A stretch of 39,156 bases of DNA from an uncultured Verrucomicrobiales bacterium (GTDB lineage: Bacteria; Verrucomicrobiota; Verrucomicrobiia; Verrucomicrobiales; DEV007), in NCBI GenBank assembly GCA_938091905.1, contig CALKOM010000020.1, forward strand, positions 1-39,156. The letters run 5' to 3'. The translations under genes were made by a program, and so were the position numbers. Below, in pieces: positions 19,201 through 27,685 of the stretch (position 1 is its first letter; each line of letters starts with the position of its first letter). Under the pieces are notes generated by a model. The model searched no databases. It saw only the letters and a list, made by a program, of their open reading frames with translations, and was not told where the DNA came from.

Positions 19201-22200
19201 TTAGAATCACGAGAAGCAGATGGCAAATTCGTCTTTCGATGGAGCTACAGCCGGCATTTACATAAGCGCGAGACGATCGAAAACCTTGCCAATAAGCACC
19301 TTTCCGAACTGCAAAAGCACCTGGCCAGCAAGCACGGGGCGCTTGATCCCGATCTTAACCTGACCCAGCGAATCATCGAAAGCCCATTTACCATAGTTTC
19401 GGACAAAGCGGATGGCCTCACGCCAAAGATCAAACCGCAAGAGAAGGCTCTCACGCAACTGTCGAACAAGATTCCGAGCGAAAATTCAAATGCTGCCGTT
19501 ACGCTTATAAAGGAAGCACGCCTCGCTAAAGATGCATGGCTTAAGGAGGAAGCACACCGCGCTAAAGAGGCTCGGCTTGCCGAAGAAGAACGTCTTGCTA
19601 AAGAGGTTCACCTCGCTGAGGAGGCTCACCTACTAAATCAGGCAGCTGAAAAGGTCAGCCGTCCAGCACTTCTCATCGCGTCCGAAAACACTAACGAACT
19701 GCTAAATACTGAACGTGTAACTCTCGCCAAACAGCTTCCTCTTCAAAATACAGAAGGCCTTCAGGAGATCGCTAGCATTCTAGCAACGAGCAAACACACC
19801 AAGGCACATCGCTCCAGCATGGCAATGACAGATCTTGACCAGACAAGGCTTCTGCTCAATCAATCGATCAACACGCTTGCAGCAACGCCCCAACCTCCGA
19901 CCGTCTTCCTCTTTCCCGATTCCTGGGCAGCCCACCCCCTCATGGGTAAGGGGCTCTACGAGTGTGAGGCGACATTTCGCGAAGTCATTGACTGGTGCGG
20001 TGACACACACCGTCAACTAAACGGCCACGATTTGAGAGAGACCCTCTTCGATCCCAAGCAGTTCAGCCAGACGTCGATCCACACAGACGCCGCCGTATTC
20101 GCCATGGAATTCGCGCTCGCACGCCTCTGGATGTCTTGGGGAGTCTATCCTGATGCATGTCTCGGTCAAGGAATTGGCGAGTATGTCGCCGCATGCCTGG
20201 GCGGCGTGTTTACAATTGAAGAAGGTCTAGCACTCATCGCTAAACGAGCCGAACTCATCTCCAAGCGTTGTCCTGAGGGACGGGTTCTCAAGGTGAATGC
20301 ACCAGCTAAAGAAGTGAAACCCTTCTTAAAACAGCAAGTCGACGTCGCTGCGTATCAGTCGACCAAGTGTACCCTAATTACAGGGCCTACCCGACGTGTC
20401 GAAGCTCTTGAGGAAATCCTGCAGACCCAAGGCATTGCATTCACTGCTCTCGGTTACTCCACCCCTCGCCAGAGCAATGCCATGGACGTGATCGAAGACG
20501 CTTTCGAAACCGTTCTCTCTTACGTCGATCTCCAGCCCACTCAAATTCCATTTATCTCTGGAGTCACTGGGGATTGGGTGATGGATGAGGCTGCAAGCGC
20601 TCCTACTCATTGGATTTCACAACTCTCAAAGCCTTTGCGTATTAGCGAAGGTCTCAACCATTTGGAGGGAGCGTTCTCTGGTCTGGCTCTCGAAGTAGGA
20701 CCGGGAGATACACTCACCGATAGTTTGAAACAGTCCGATGTCACTGGCCTTAGAGCATTCAGTGGAACCACCCAAGGCCCACAAGACGAAATGCACCACA
20801 TCGTTTCGACCTTAGGGAAGCTTTGGGAACAAGGCGTTCCTGTCGATTGGCATGCATTCCATGGTGTCGACACCGTAGCTCTCTCCAAAGCACCATCCGA
20901 AGAAACCGAGCCAGGAGCTGCAGACACGTCGCCCGAAATTCAATATGCTGAACCTGCTAGTGAAGAAAAAACAGATCCACCAACGATAAATCGCCCACCC
21001 TTAGGAGCCCAAGCTGCCGCTCAACTTCTTCTGAGCCAAGATCCCCTTCGAGAGTCGTCGCAGGAGCCTTCGGAGAATGCCCCCATTCAAGAAAGTTTTG
21101 AGGAAGTAGAGATCGATCAGACCACGAACGACTCCTTCGACTCTACTGAGGAATCCAACTCGACCACTCTTGCAGACCTTCCAAATAACGAGGCCCGAAG
21201 TGACACGCCACCAAGCGCGCCAGACAGCCAGGAGGAGGTATCTCAAGCGCCATCAAACACACCCCTAGGCGATCCTGCCAAGCTTCACTGTAGATTCGAA
21301 CAAATTGAAAATGCCCTCGACGACCTTCGTTCAGCAGTCTTCCCGTCAACGCCCGAGACCGCAGGCCCAGAAGATGCACCGCTTCCTGCAGGGATTGCAG
21401 ACTACATGGAAGAAGTTAATGCCCGTATCCGCGAAGCCGCCCCGCAAAGCCAGCAACGGATCGCTTCTACAAAAGCCCTCTTAGGGGAACCAGCTTCAAA
21501 CAACGCTGACATTCTAATTATTCGCCAACTCGGTGGCCAAGCTTGGGATGCGGACGAGAGAAACTACGTTGATATCTCCCCCTCAGTTTCCAAGCATTTG
21601 TTAGGATATTCAGCACCGGAGATCCTCAAAGCCTACCGTCACCATCTCCAGCCAGCAGCGACATCAGATGCTCTCCACGCCCTCAAGTTCGAGGTCAGTA
21701 AAGCAATCTCCTCACAGAATGGATCTGACAGGGTCACCTTCACCCAATCTTCTGCGGATGCTCTGAGCCTCAGTTTCATGCTCGCTAAGGAGCATTCGAA
21801 TCGGCCTGCAATCGGCCTGGTAAAGCCAAACCAAGGAGGGAACGTCGGCCACTGTCTAACTTTGCCAGCCGACGCCTCCCAACTCACCTCACAAATCTAT
21901 CGTCGTCGTCGCGAACTTGCCGCCATCGTGGTGAATCCTCTTGATCTTATTCAGTTGGAAGAAGATGAGCGCACAAAGATCCTTCAGACCGTTCGCGAAG
22001 AAACTGAGCGTTGGAATATCGCATTCATCCTCGATGAACGGGACACTGCATTCCGGTGGAATATTCTAGGTCACTCCAAGCACGCCCCGATCAAACCTGA
22101 CATCGTCATCTACGGTGAGCCCCTCGCTGATGGACTTCCCCTGGGAATCGTCAGTGGCAATGCCGAATGGTTCGATGGACGTCGAAGCACAGAGGATGAG

Positions 22201-25071
22201 TTTGCAACGTTATCGAACACTCTCCCTTTGGTGGCGGCTCACGCGACACTGAACGCGATCAACCGTGCTTCTGCCGAACGCATCCCTCAGTGGCAAGAAC
22301 GCACCACACACCTCCTAGCAGGACTCAAGGCGGTCGCAAACGAACTAGACGCTCCTCTGAAAATCCGTCGCCTAGGCGCACTATTCACGCTTGAACCTAG
22401 TAGTTCTCCTGACGAATCGCGTCTATTTGAAGCCGAGAGCCTACTGCAGGGCGTGCGGCTTTCTACCAGTGCGGTGAATGCCACTACACTATCGCATACA
22501 GAACAAGACCTTGCCCGCGTACACAACGCTTTCATCGAGAGCTTTCACGCTCTACAAGATCGGGGATTCCTGCTCGTAGACTTTGCTGCTTATCAAGCCC
22601 GACTTGCAGGGAAAAAGGACAAGAAGCTATTGGGGTATTGGGAAAATCACCTAACAGGTGCACAGGGCTCTTGGCCAGCTGATTATGTAGACAAATCTGA
22701 AAAGTCTCAAAAGACACTTCGCTATGCGCTGCCCACGCAACTTGCTCAAGCCCTGGACACACGGGCCAAGGCTCTCAACGGCCAATACGAGAATCTTCTC
22801 CTCGCCTGCTTCCAAAGACTCTTCCAAGCCTGGAGCGGCACGGACCGAATTGCGTTCCTGGCAAATATCGAAGGAGTCAATACACCGCTCTGCTCTGCCC
22901 GCGAACCTGACACCATCAATCAATCCATTGAACGAATCTGTGAAGCGAAAGAGCTGGCAATTGAGAATACATTGTTCCAACCAGAGACTTTCGTGGCTTG
23001 GCTAGCCAACCACGGACCAACCTGTGGTTTCTCTCTCGACGAAATCCCAGAAGAACTGGCCATCCATTGGCAGATCACCTCAAGCTCCGTCCTCTGCGAC
23101 TACGACGCGTCAAGGTATCACGAAGACACTATCGCGCGTTGGATGGATTGCTTCATTGTACTTCTAGAAGGATTTGCTACAATGCCTATGGAGACCCTCG
23201 TAGAGGAACTTCCTCTTGTCTCCAGCAGCGATTTCCAGAATCTAGTCATTAGCCGAAATCTTACCACCACAGGAAGCTTTCCCAATGAGCCAGTTCACAA
23301 GTTGTTCGAATCGGTTGCGGCCAAAACGCCAAGTAGAATTGCTGTCCGCTACGGACACGATAAGCTTTGCTATGGAGACCTCAATACTCGAGCAGATCAA
23401 CTCGCAGCCGCCTTGCTGCAGCAGGGGGTCGATACCGGCGATACGATCGCCGTCCTAGCTGAGCCTTCACCCCTTATGTTAGAGGCATGGCTGGCCATTC
23501 TTAAAGTTGGCGCTGCCTATCTGCCTTTAGATCCTCAGCATCGCGCTGATCCTGACACTCTGAAAATGGCGCAAGTCAAACTCCTCCTTTCCGACCAGCC
23601 GGTCTCCGACTCGCAAGAGTGGACAAGCAAAGAACTAGAGATTCAGGACCTTAATCTACTTTCTAAGGGCATCCAGCCAACTGCCAATGAGACGCCCACC
23701 TCGCATTTTGGAAGTTTGAACGCTTCCGCCACCGTGCTCTTCGATTGGACAAAGCAGTCCTCAGCTCCAGTCAGCCTGCCTCATCGAAGTCTCGTTCGCT
23801 TGGTCAAGAATACAGACTATGCCACGCTAAGCCCTCATGAAGTGTTCTTGCTAGGAGGATCACCTTCATCGGATCGATGCTTACTAGAGGTCTGGGGAGC
23901 CTTGCTCAACGGAGGAGTCCTCGCTATTCCCCAGGGAATGCGTTCCACTGCGAATCTGGCTGAAACGATAGGCAAACAACGGGTCAGCTCGCTGGTCCTC
24001 ACCTCTGAAGAACTCACAAATTTAATGGAGCGCCATGCGGAAGACCTATCCTGGATCCGCCAAATCGTCATCACAGACAAACGCCCCGCTCGCGAGATCG
24101 TTGCCCGTATTCTAGAAGAACTCCCTGTCAGCCTCACCATTGGTTACGGCTCCCTGTATAACTCTCTCCTGACATGTTGTCACACCATCACTGAGGAGGA
24201 TTTAGAAGCAGAATTCACCAACCTGGGCTCTCCGATCCCACATACTCAAATCTACCTGCTTAACGAAGCCCACCAACCAGTACCAACAGGCATGACTGGA
24301 GACGTTTGGGTAGGCGGAGACGGGCTCGCACTCTTCCAGGATACAGATCAGCGGAAAGACGTGGTCAAGAGCAGATTCACACCCTCCGAAGGAGTGCTCT
24401 TCCACACTGGCACACGTGCCATGTGGCACGAGGACGGTTCACTTATTCTTGCCAAGGACGGTCTACGATCTAACATCCACCCAACCAGCAACCCCCTAAG
24501 CGTAACGCCGCTGTCCACTAGAACAACGGGCCAGCCCATCTTCTTCATTGCAGCCAGCCCCTCAGATAAGGATATTTGTCAGGAGATTGCGGATAGCTCA
24601 ATCAGTGATCGTCCCGCCTATCTCATCGTGACCGACTTTGTTCATGCCTCCGAAAAGTGCGTCGAGAGCATGGCTGAAGCGTGCCTGGCAGAGATTCGGA
24701 GCCGCATTGGAGGGGAATCCTTCATTGTCACTGGTGGGCCACTAGGAGGGACTATAGCCTACGAAGTTGGCCAGCAGGCGATGGACCAGGGAGATTCCTT
24801 GGACTCCGTGGCTTTATTCGATACGATTAATCCAGCTGCTGAAGAAAGTGAGGGACAACACGATTGCCCGCCGCTTCAGGCTTATGTGCCCAGAGCGTAT
24901 CAGGGTGCCATCACACTCTTCCGCCACGACACCCACACCGGACTGCATCAACTCGGTTGGGACGGTCTCGTGAGAGGTGGCATGACGGTGATATCCACAA
25001 GGGACACCTCAGATGTTGCAGCGAAGTTCAAAGGCCTATTAAGCAATAGCACACTGCTAGAATCTCCGTGA
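16234..25071 (+). CDS. Hybrid FkbH-like / E(C) / AT / class-III aminotransferase / C-remnant / A / TE multidomain protein with degenerate catalytic motifs
   Basis: Approximate domains: FkbH-like 16250-17800; epimerisation-type C 18100-19320 (LSPIQSWFF, PAKTASY); AT 19900-20850 (VFLFP, LARLWMSWG, LEVGPG, GVPVDW); aminotransferase 21500-22570 (WDADERNYVDI, FILDE); C remnant 22570-23200; A 23290-24450 (LKVGAAYLP, EVWGALLNGG, GSPIPHTQIY); TE 24490-25050. Confidence 0.85.
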   Translation: MSSPHAPISLTGTFDLEPLRGPLEAWRQRFGWDTELVIRPAASDPGKLVNEGLKREDAHSINFLIVRPSDWPDFTISDSAATRSGSQKDSAANAFASQLLNQCGEAKHNVIVLLAPPEDATGDDAKACAKQVENHLFASLSNNDHVHVARSPEWMGSTSGTDGDQIPLYPALAMIAARFIHQAHHPAPKLLIVHDHDTLWKESPTLEKSDPIKIAAEHRELQRALASQRESGALIAVLSDGPDHAVKRAILDHPDMILKADDIVDVRRHSTSAREAVELLAKQLGIPGHHVAFLSKSADLVTELRKQRSDIISIVLPENANEIPDFLGHLWLLDRDLSNKDMGLDEANKQLAESKRRLLRQNSRSFADYVEALDVKVTQVSPTPEQHARMAELTSQATLFNATARRFSESEIKTWLRRPYHYATLFRVQDIHSDLGVVGLIMFERVKRTLLVHNFLLDDIAAYRGVENRMLADLSEIATQHNCLDIDLPFLSSEDNRNTQTFLDQMVSHCRQDLPEEGWSVFQVPIKLAKTLGDRDTVELKEAYTSPLDTEGHVAPSEAIQRIASTWRTLSQLDHQNSIIESEASSCAPSEDSPLVSPFIVVSPPATDDAGKESAPAPPDGPFALSPIQSWFFHQNIEGRDHWNNALMLQTKKPLDCKLLERSLTEVSNRHAIFRLKFHLKTGEWRQEYSKTTGGDLLRVVDLRKASDNGIQDQIETIAAATQGRLNIRQGALLRAVYFDLGAKRPARLLLVAHQLVIDSTSWGIFLKDLATDYEARSHGADPQFPAKTASYATWLEEISQVPRVAREAYMDVLADSASASIGIPADFENPGRNIEGSQEQLEISLDEENSKVLLSQSQPVEAILAASLAHTFQALEAKPTLANWTWEDRKTVTNVSQTIGWCEQSAPILLSPSGSFEDTANNLGKQLETLQEIHGIGNPDTDLPAPWMSFRHRKATTTELTAECLFQPSQEAVGALHSPRALRSYKVVLESREADGKFVFRWSYSRHLHKRETIENLANKHLSELQKHLASKHGALDPDLNLTQRIIESPFTIVSDKADGLTPKIKPQEKALTQLSNKIPSENSNAAVTLIKEARLAKDAWLKEEAHRAKEARLAEEERLAKEVHLAEEAHLLNQAAEKVSRPALLIASENTNELLNTERVTLAKQLPLQNTEGLQEIASILATSKHTKAHRSSMAMTDLDQTRLLLNQSINTLAATPQPPTVFLFPDSWAAHPLMGKGLYECEATFREVIDWCGDTHRQLNGHDLRETLFDPKQFSQTSIHTDAAVFAMEFALARLWMSWGVYPDACLGQGIGEYVAACLGGVFTIEEGLALIAKRAELISKRCPEGRVLKVNAPAKEVKPFLKQQVDVAAYQSTKCTLITGPTRRVEALEEILQTQGIAFTALGYSTPRQSNAMDVIEDAFETVLSYVDLQPTQIPFISGVTGDWVMDEAASAPTHWISQLSKPLRISEGLNHLEGAFSGLALEVGPGDTLTDSLKQSDVTGLRAFSGTTQGPQDEMHHIVSTLGKLWEQGVPVDWHAFHGVDTVALSKAPSEETEPGAADTSPEIQYAEPASEEKTDPPTINRPPLGAQAAAQLLLSQDPLRESSQEPSENAPIQESFEEVEIDQTTNDSFDSTEESNSTTLADLPNNEARSDTPPSAPDSQEEVSQAPSNTPLGDPAKLHCRFEQIENALDDLRSAVFPSTPETAGPEDAPLPAGIADYMEEVNARIREAAPQSQQRIASTKALLGEPASNNADILIIRQLGGQAWDADERNYVDISPSVSKHLLGYSAPEILKAYRHHLQPAATSDALHALKFEVSKAISSQNGSDRVTFTQSSADALSLSFMLAKEHSNRPAIGLVKPNQGGNVGHCLTLPADASQLTSQIYRRRRELAAIVVNPLDLIQLEEDERTKILQTVREETERWNIAFILDERDTAFRWNILGHSKHAPIKPDIVIYGEPLADGLPLGIVSGNAEWFDGRRSTEDEFATLSNTLPLVAAHATLNAINRASAERIPQWQERTTHLLAGLKAVANELDAPLKIRRLGALFTLEPSSSPDESRLFEAESLLQGVRLSTSAVNATTLSHTEQDLARVHNAFIESFHALQDRGFLLVDFAAYQARLAGKKDKKLLGYWENHLTGAQGSWPADYVDKSEKSQKTLRYALPTQLAQALDTRAKALNGQYENLLLACFQRLFQAWSGTDRIAFLANIEGVNTPLCSAREPDTINQSIERICEAKELAIENTLFQPETFVAWLANHGPTCGFSLDEIPEELAIHWQITSSSVLCDYDASRYHEDTIARWMDCFIVLLEGFATMPMETLVEELPLVSSSDFQNLVISRNLTTTGSFPNEPVHKLFESVAAKTPSRIAVRYGHDKLCYGDLNTRADQLAAALLQQGVDTGDTIAVLAEPSPLMLEAWLAILKVGAAYLPLDPQHRADPDTLKMAQVKLLLSDQPVSDSQEWTSKELEIQDLNLLSKGIQPTANETPTSHFGSLNASATVLFDWTKQSSAPVSLPHRSLVRLVKNTDYATLSPHEVFLLGGSPSSDRCLLEVWGALLNGGVLAIPQGMRSTANLAETIGKQRVSSLVLTSEELTNLMERHAEDLSWIRQIVITDKRPAREIVARILEELPVSLTIGYGSLYNSLLTCCHTITEEDLEAEFTNLGSPIPHTQIYLLNEAHQPVPTGMTGDVWVGGDGLALFQDTDQRKDVVKSRFTPSEGVLFHTGTRAMWHEDGSLILAKDGLRSNIHPTSNPLSVTPLSTRTTGQPIFFIAASPSDKDICQEIADSSISDRPAYLIVTDFVHASEKCVESMAEACLAEIRSRIGGESFIVTGGPLGGTIAYEVGQQAMDQGDSLDSVALFDTINPAAEESEGQHDCPPLQAYVPRAYQGAITLFRHDTHTGLHQLGWDGLVRGGMTVISTRDTSDVAAKFKGLLSNSTLLESP
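19510..19635 (+). repeat. Seven degenerate 18-bp (6-aa) tandem units encoding a charged helix
   Basis: KEARLA KDAWLK EEAHRA KEARLA EEERLA KEVHLA EEAHLL. Confidence 0.8.
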
Positions 25072-25081
25072 GGAGAGTAGT

Positions 25082-26602
25082 CTAGTGACGGTCAATCGTG
25101 AGGATCTCTTGAGTCTCCTCATTTCGAATGAGAAGTTGATGGGGACGCATATCGGTCACGGTGTAGGACTCTTGTGTCTCCGCAATCGTGAACACATCGC
25201 CCAGCCGCGCCGCAAAGCGCTGCTTAGAGCGTTTCGCCTCCACCACAAGATGAGTGGCCTCGTCGCGAGGCAACGTATTGCGAACGAATCGTTGCTCACC
25301 GTCTTTCTGGCTACTCTTTACGTAGACCTCTGAGATGTCGAGCATACCACCACCCTTGGTAGGCCTTACCCGCTTGTTCACTCGTGTCACTTCGTAAGAG
25401 GTGTTGGGAATACGCTGACCAACGAGAACCGTAATCATCGCCTCTTCCGGAGGACGTCCGAGAAGGCGCATACTTGCTTTATCACCATCTACGTCGGTGA
25501 CTAATAGAGGTTCGAACCGCTCTTCGAATCGTCCCAACTGCAACTCAGTCTGTAAATCAACAGGCTTCGAAGTGGCAGCAGAACTGGTTCCGATCGGATC
25601 ACCCTTCTTGATAATCACAGGTTTCACCAATAAAGTAGGTGGTCGGGGATTCGCCGGATCCACGTCACTTTCTTCCATCGATTCCTCATCAGGGGATTCT
25701 AATACTGGCCGCTCAGGCTCAATAGGATCGAGAGAGCCCACAACGTCATTCATCATCGGCTCGGAAAGCAATACAATGAGTTGCCCATCTAGGCTGGGAA
25801 GGAATTCGTTGTTGGCCGGCACACCTGAGGCAAGAAGATTGGAGGTGTCACGCAGAATGGCGGCCAACGCTGGTAGATTGGCCGCCTCCGCACGATCTGC
25901 CGCCGTTCTGCCATTATCATCTAGGGCGAAACGGTTCGCATGGTGACGGAGCAAGAGCTGCGTGGCCTCCATGTGCCCCTTGCCAGCAGCATACATCAGC
26001 GGCGTCTGTGTATCATGACTACGGCAATTCACATAGGCACCACGTTCAATGAGAACCTCAAGGCAATGCGTGTAACCCTGTGCCGAGGCCAACATAAGCG
26101 CTTTGTCAAGCGAACGAACATCCCGTTCTGACAATCGCCTCACCCCATCGACATTGCCAGCAAGCGCAGACACCATGAGTGATGTCATGCCACTACTGTC
26201 CACCGCGAGAGGATCGGCACGATTCTCAAGAAGAAACTCTAGCATACGCAAATCACCACCGACACGATCGGCCACACGCATTAGCATCGTGCGCCCATTC
26301 GCAAGGCGCTGATCTGGCGAGGCTCCTGCCTCGATCAGAACTCGCACAAGCTCATCGTGATCTTCCGACGCAGCGTTTTGAAATGCGGTTAGGCCGTTCT
26401 CTCCCTCAACATCGACAGCCATACCCGCTTCGAGGTACTCTATCACGGCAGGAGCATCTCCGTTGGCTGCGGCACCATGGTAAGCACTCACAGCGAAGCT
26501 ATAGCCTCGCTCTTCCAGCTGACTGAGCGCCACCTCTTCCCGATCTCGACAAGCCGTCAAAGGTAGGAAGAGACCAAGACTAAGGAGAATAAGGACACGC
26601 AT
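25082..26602 (-). CDS. Ankyrin-repeat lipoprotein with a C-terminal beta-rich domain (possibly Amuc_1099-like)
   Basis: Signal peptide with lipobox LTAC from ATG 26602. Ankyrin repeats GLTAFQNAA, GRTMLMRVA, GMTSLMVSA and QTPLMYAA. Acidic/Pro linker, then DISEVYVK...LGDVFTI...YTVTDM. Confidence 0.75.
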   Translation of the reverse strand: MRVLILLSLGLFLPLTACRDREEVALSQLEERGYSFAVSAYHGAAANGDAPAVIEYLEAGMAVDVEGENGLTAFQNAASEDHDELVRVLIEAGASPDQRLANGRTMLMRVADRVGGDLRMLEFLLENRADPLAVDSSGMTSLMVSALAGNVDGVRRLSERDVRSLDKALMLASAQGYTHCLEVLIERGAYVNCRSHDTQTPLMYAAGKGHMEATQLLLRHHANRFALDDNGRTAADRAEAANLPALAAILRDTSNLLASGVPANNEFLPSLDGQLIVLLSEPMMNDVVGSLDPIEPERPVLESPDEESMEESDVDPANPRPPTLLVKPVIIKKGDPIGTSSAATSKPVDLQTELQLGRFEERFEPLLVTDVDGDKASMRLLGRPPEEAMITVLVGQRIPNTSYEVTRVNKRVRPTKGGGMLDISEVYVKSSQKDGEQRFVRNTLPRDEATHLVVEAKRSKQRFAARLGDVFTIAETQESYTVTDMRPHQLLIRNEETQEILTIDRH

Positions 26603-26725
26603 GGCTCGAACATCACTAGCACGAAGCTCAACGGATAACACGGAAAATCTTGACTCGACTCGGTGAGAGTTTCTCGTTAGACTTTTTAGAAATATACAAA
26701 ATTTTATCCAACACACATTAACCTC

Positions 26726-27679
26726 ATGCGTCATTGCCTCCCACTCTTCTTATTCCTTGGACTCAGCATATTCGCCGCAGAGGCTCAGGAACACCGCTAC
26801 GCAATCGCTATTCATGGGGGCGCTGGCTCGGCACCTTCAAACTTTAGCAAAGAAGCCAACATCAAGCGCGCTGCTTCGATGAAAGCAGCTCTGGAGACCG
26901 GCACCAACATTCTCAAAGACGGCGGCACGAGTCTCGACGCGGTGGAAGCCGTCGTGCGCCTGCTTGAGGACGATGCTCAATTCAATGCCGGTCGCGGTGC
27001 GGTCTTTAATGCAGCTGGCGGTCACGAGCTCGACGCCTCGATCATGGATGGCAGGACGTTGGCCTGCGGAGCTGTGGCCGGGGTCACCACCACAAAGAAT
27101 CCCATCACCCTCGCTCGTCTCGTCATGACGGACACCCGACACGTGCTCTTGTCAGGACCTGGTGCCGATAAGTTTGCCGAGGAGAAGAAGGTGCCTCTAG
27201 TAACCCAAGACTACTTTCACACCCTCGCCGCACGCAAAGCCTGGCAAGACAGCCGCGCGAAACACAGCAAAGGCACGGTCGGATGCGTTGCGCTGGACAG
27301 CCATGGCAATCTTGCTGCAGCGACGTCCACGGGTGGACTCTCGAACAAAAAGTTTGGTCGCGTAGGCGATTCGCCGATCGTTGGCGCAGGCACCTACGCG
27401 GACAATACCACCTGCGCCGTGTCGTGCACTGGCACCGGCGAAGAGTACATTCGCCGTGCAATCGCCTACGATATGGCAGCCCAAATGCGCTACGCCAGTA
27501 CCCCAATTGATAAGGCAGCAAACGAAATCCTAACTCAACGCCTAAAGAAGAACACAGGAGGAATCATCGCCGTAGACAAAGACGGCAAGATCACGATGCA
27601 ATTCAACACAGGAGGCATGGCACGCGCAGCGGCCGATTCCAAAGGGAGATTCGAAGTGATCTGGGGCGAAGAAAAGTAA
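26726..27679 (+). CDS. iaaA: Isoaspartyl peptidase / L-asparaginase (Ntn hydrolase) with a signal peptide
   Basis: [25 protein letters not shown], autocleavage site GTVGCVA, STGG, GRVGDSP and SCTGTGE motifs. Confidence 0.92.
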   Translation: MRHCLPLFLFLGLSIFAAEAQEHRYAIAIHGGAGSAPSNFSKEANIKRAASMKAALETGTNILKDGGTSLDAVEAVVRLLEDDAQFNAGRGAVFNAAGGHELDASIMDGRTLACGAVAGVTTTKNPITLARLVMTDTRHVLLSGPGADKFAEEKKVPLVTQDYFHTLAARKAWQDSRAKHSKGTVGCVALDSHGNLAAATSTGGLSNKKFGRVGDSPIVGAGTYADNTTCAVSCTGTGEEYIRRAIAYDMAAQMRYASTPIDKAANEILTQRLKKNTGGIIAVDKDGKITMQFNTGGMARAAADSKGRFEVIWGEEK

Positions 27680-27685
27680 TCTAGG

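Noticed and set aside
19510..19635. Tandem repeats as a CRISPR array
   Set aside because: In-frame degenerate 18-bp coding units with no spacers, and no cas genes in the window.
16234..25071. Calling the large gene a functional NRPS/PKS biosynthetic cluster, or a conventional pseudogene
   Set aside because: Catalytic motifs, KS and carrier domains are missing, so it is not a working assembly line. There is no stop or frameshift, so it is not a conventional pseudogene either.
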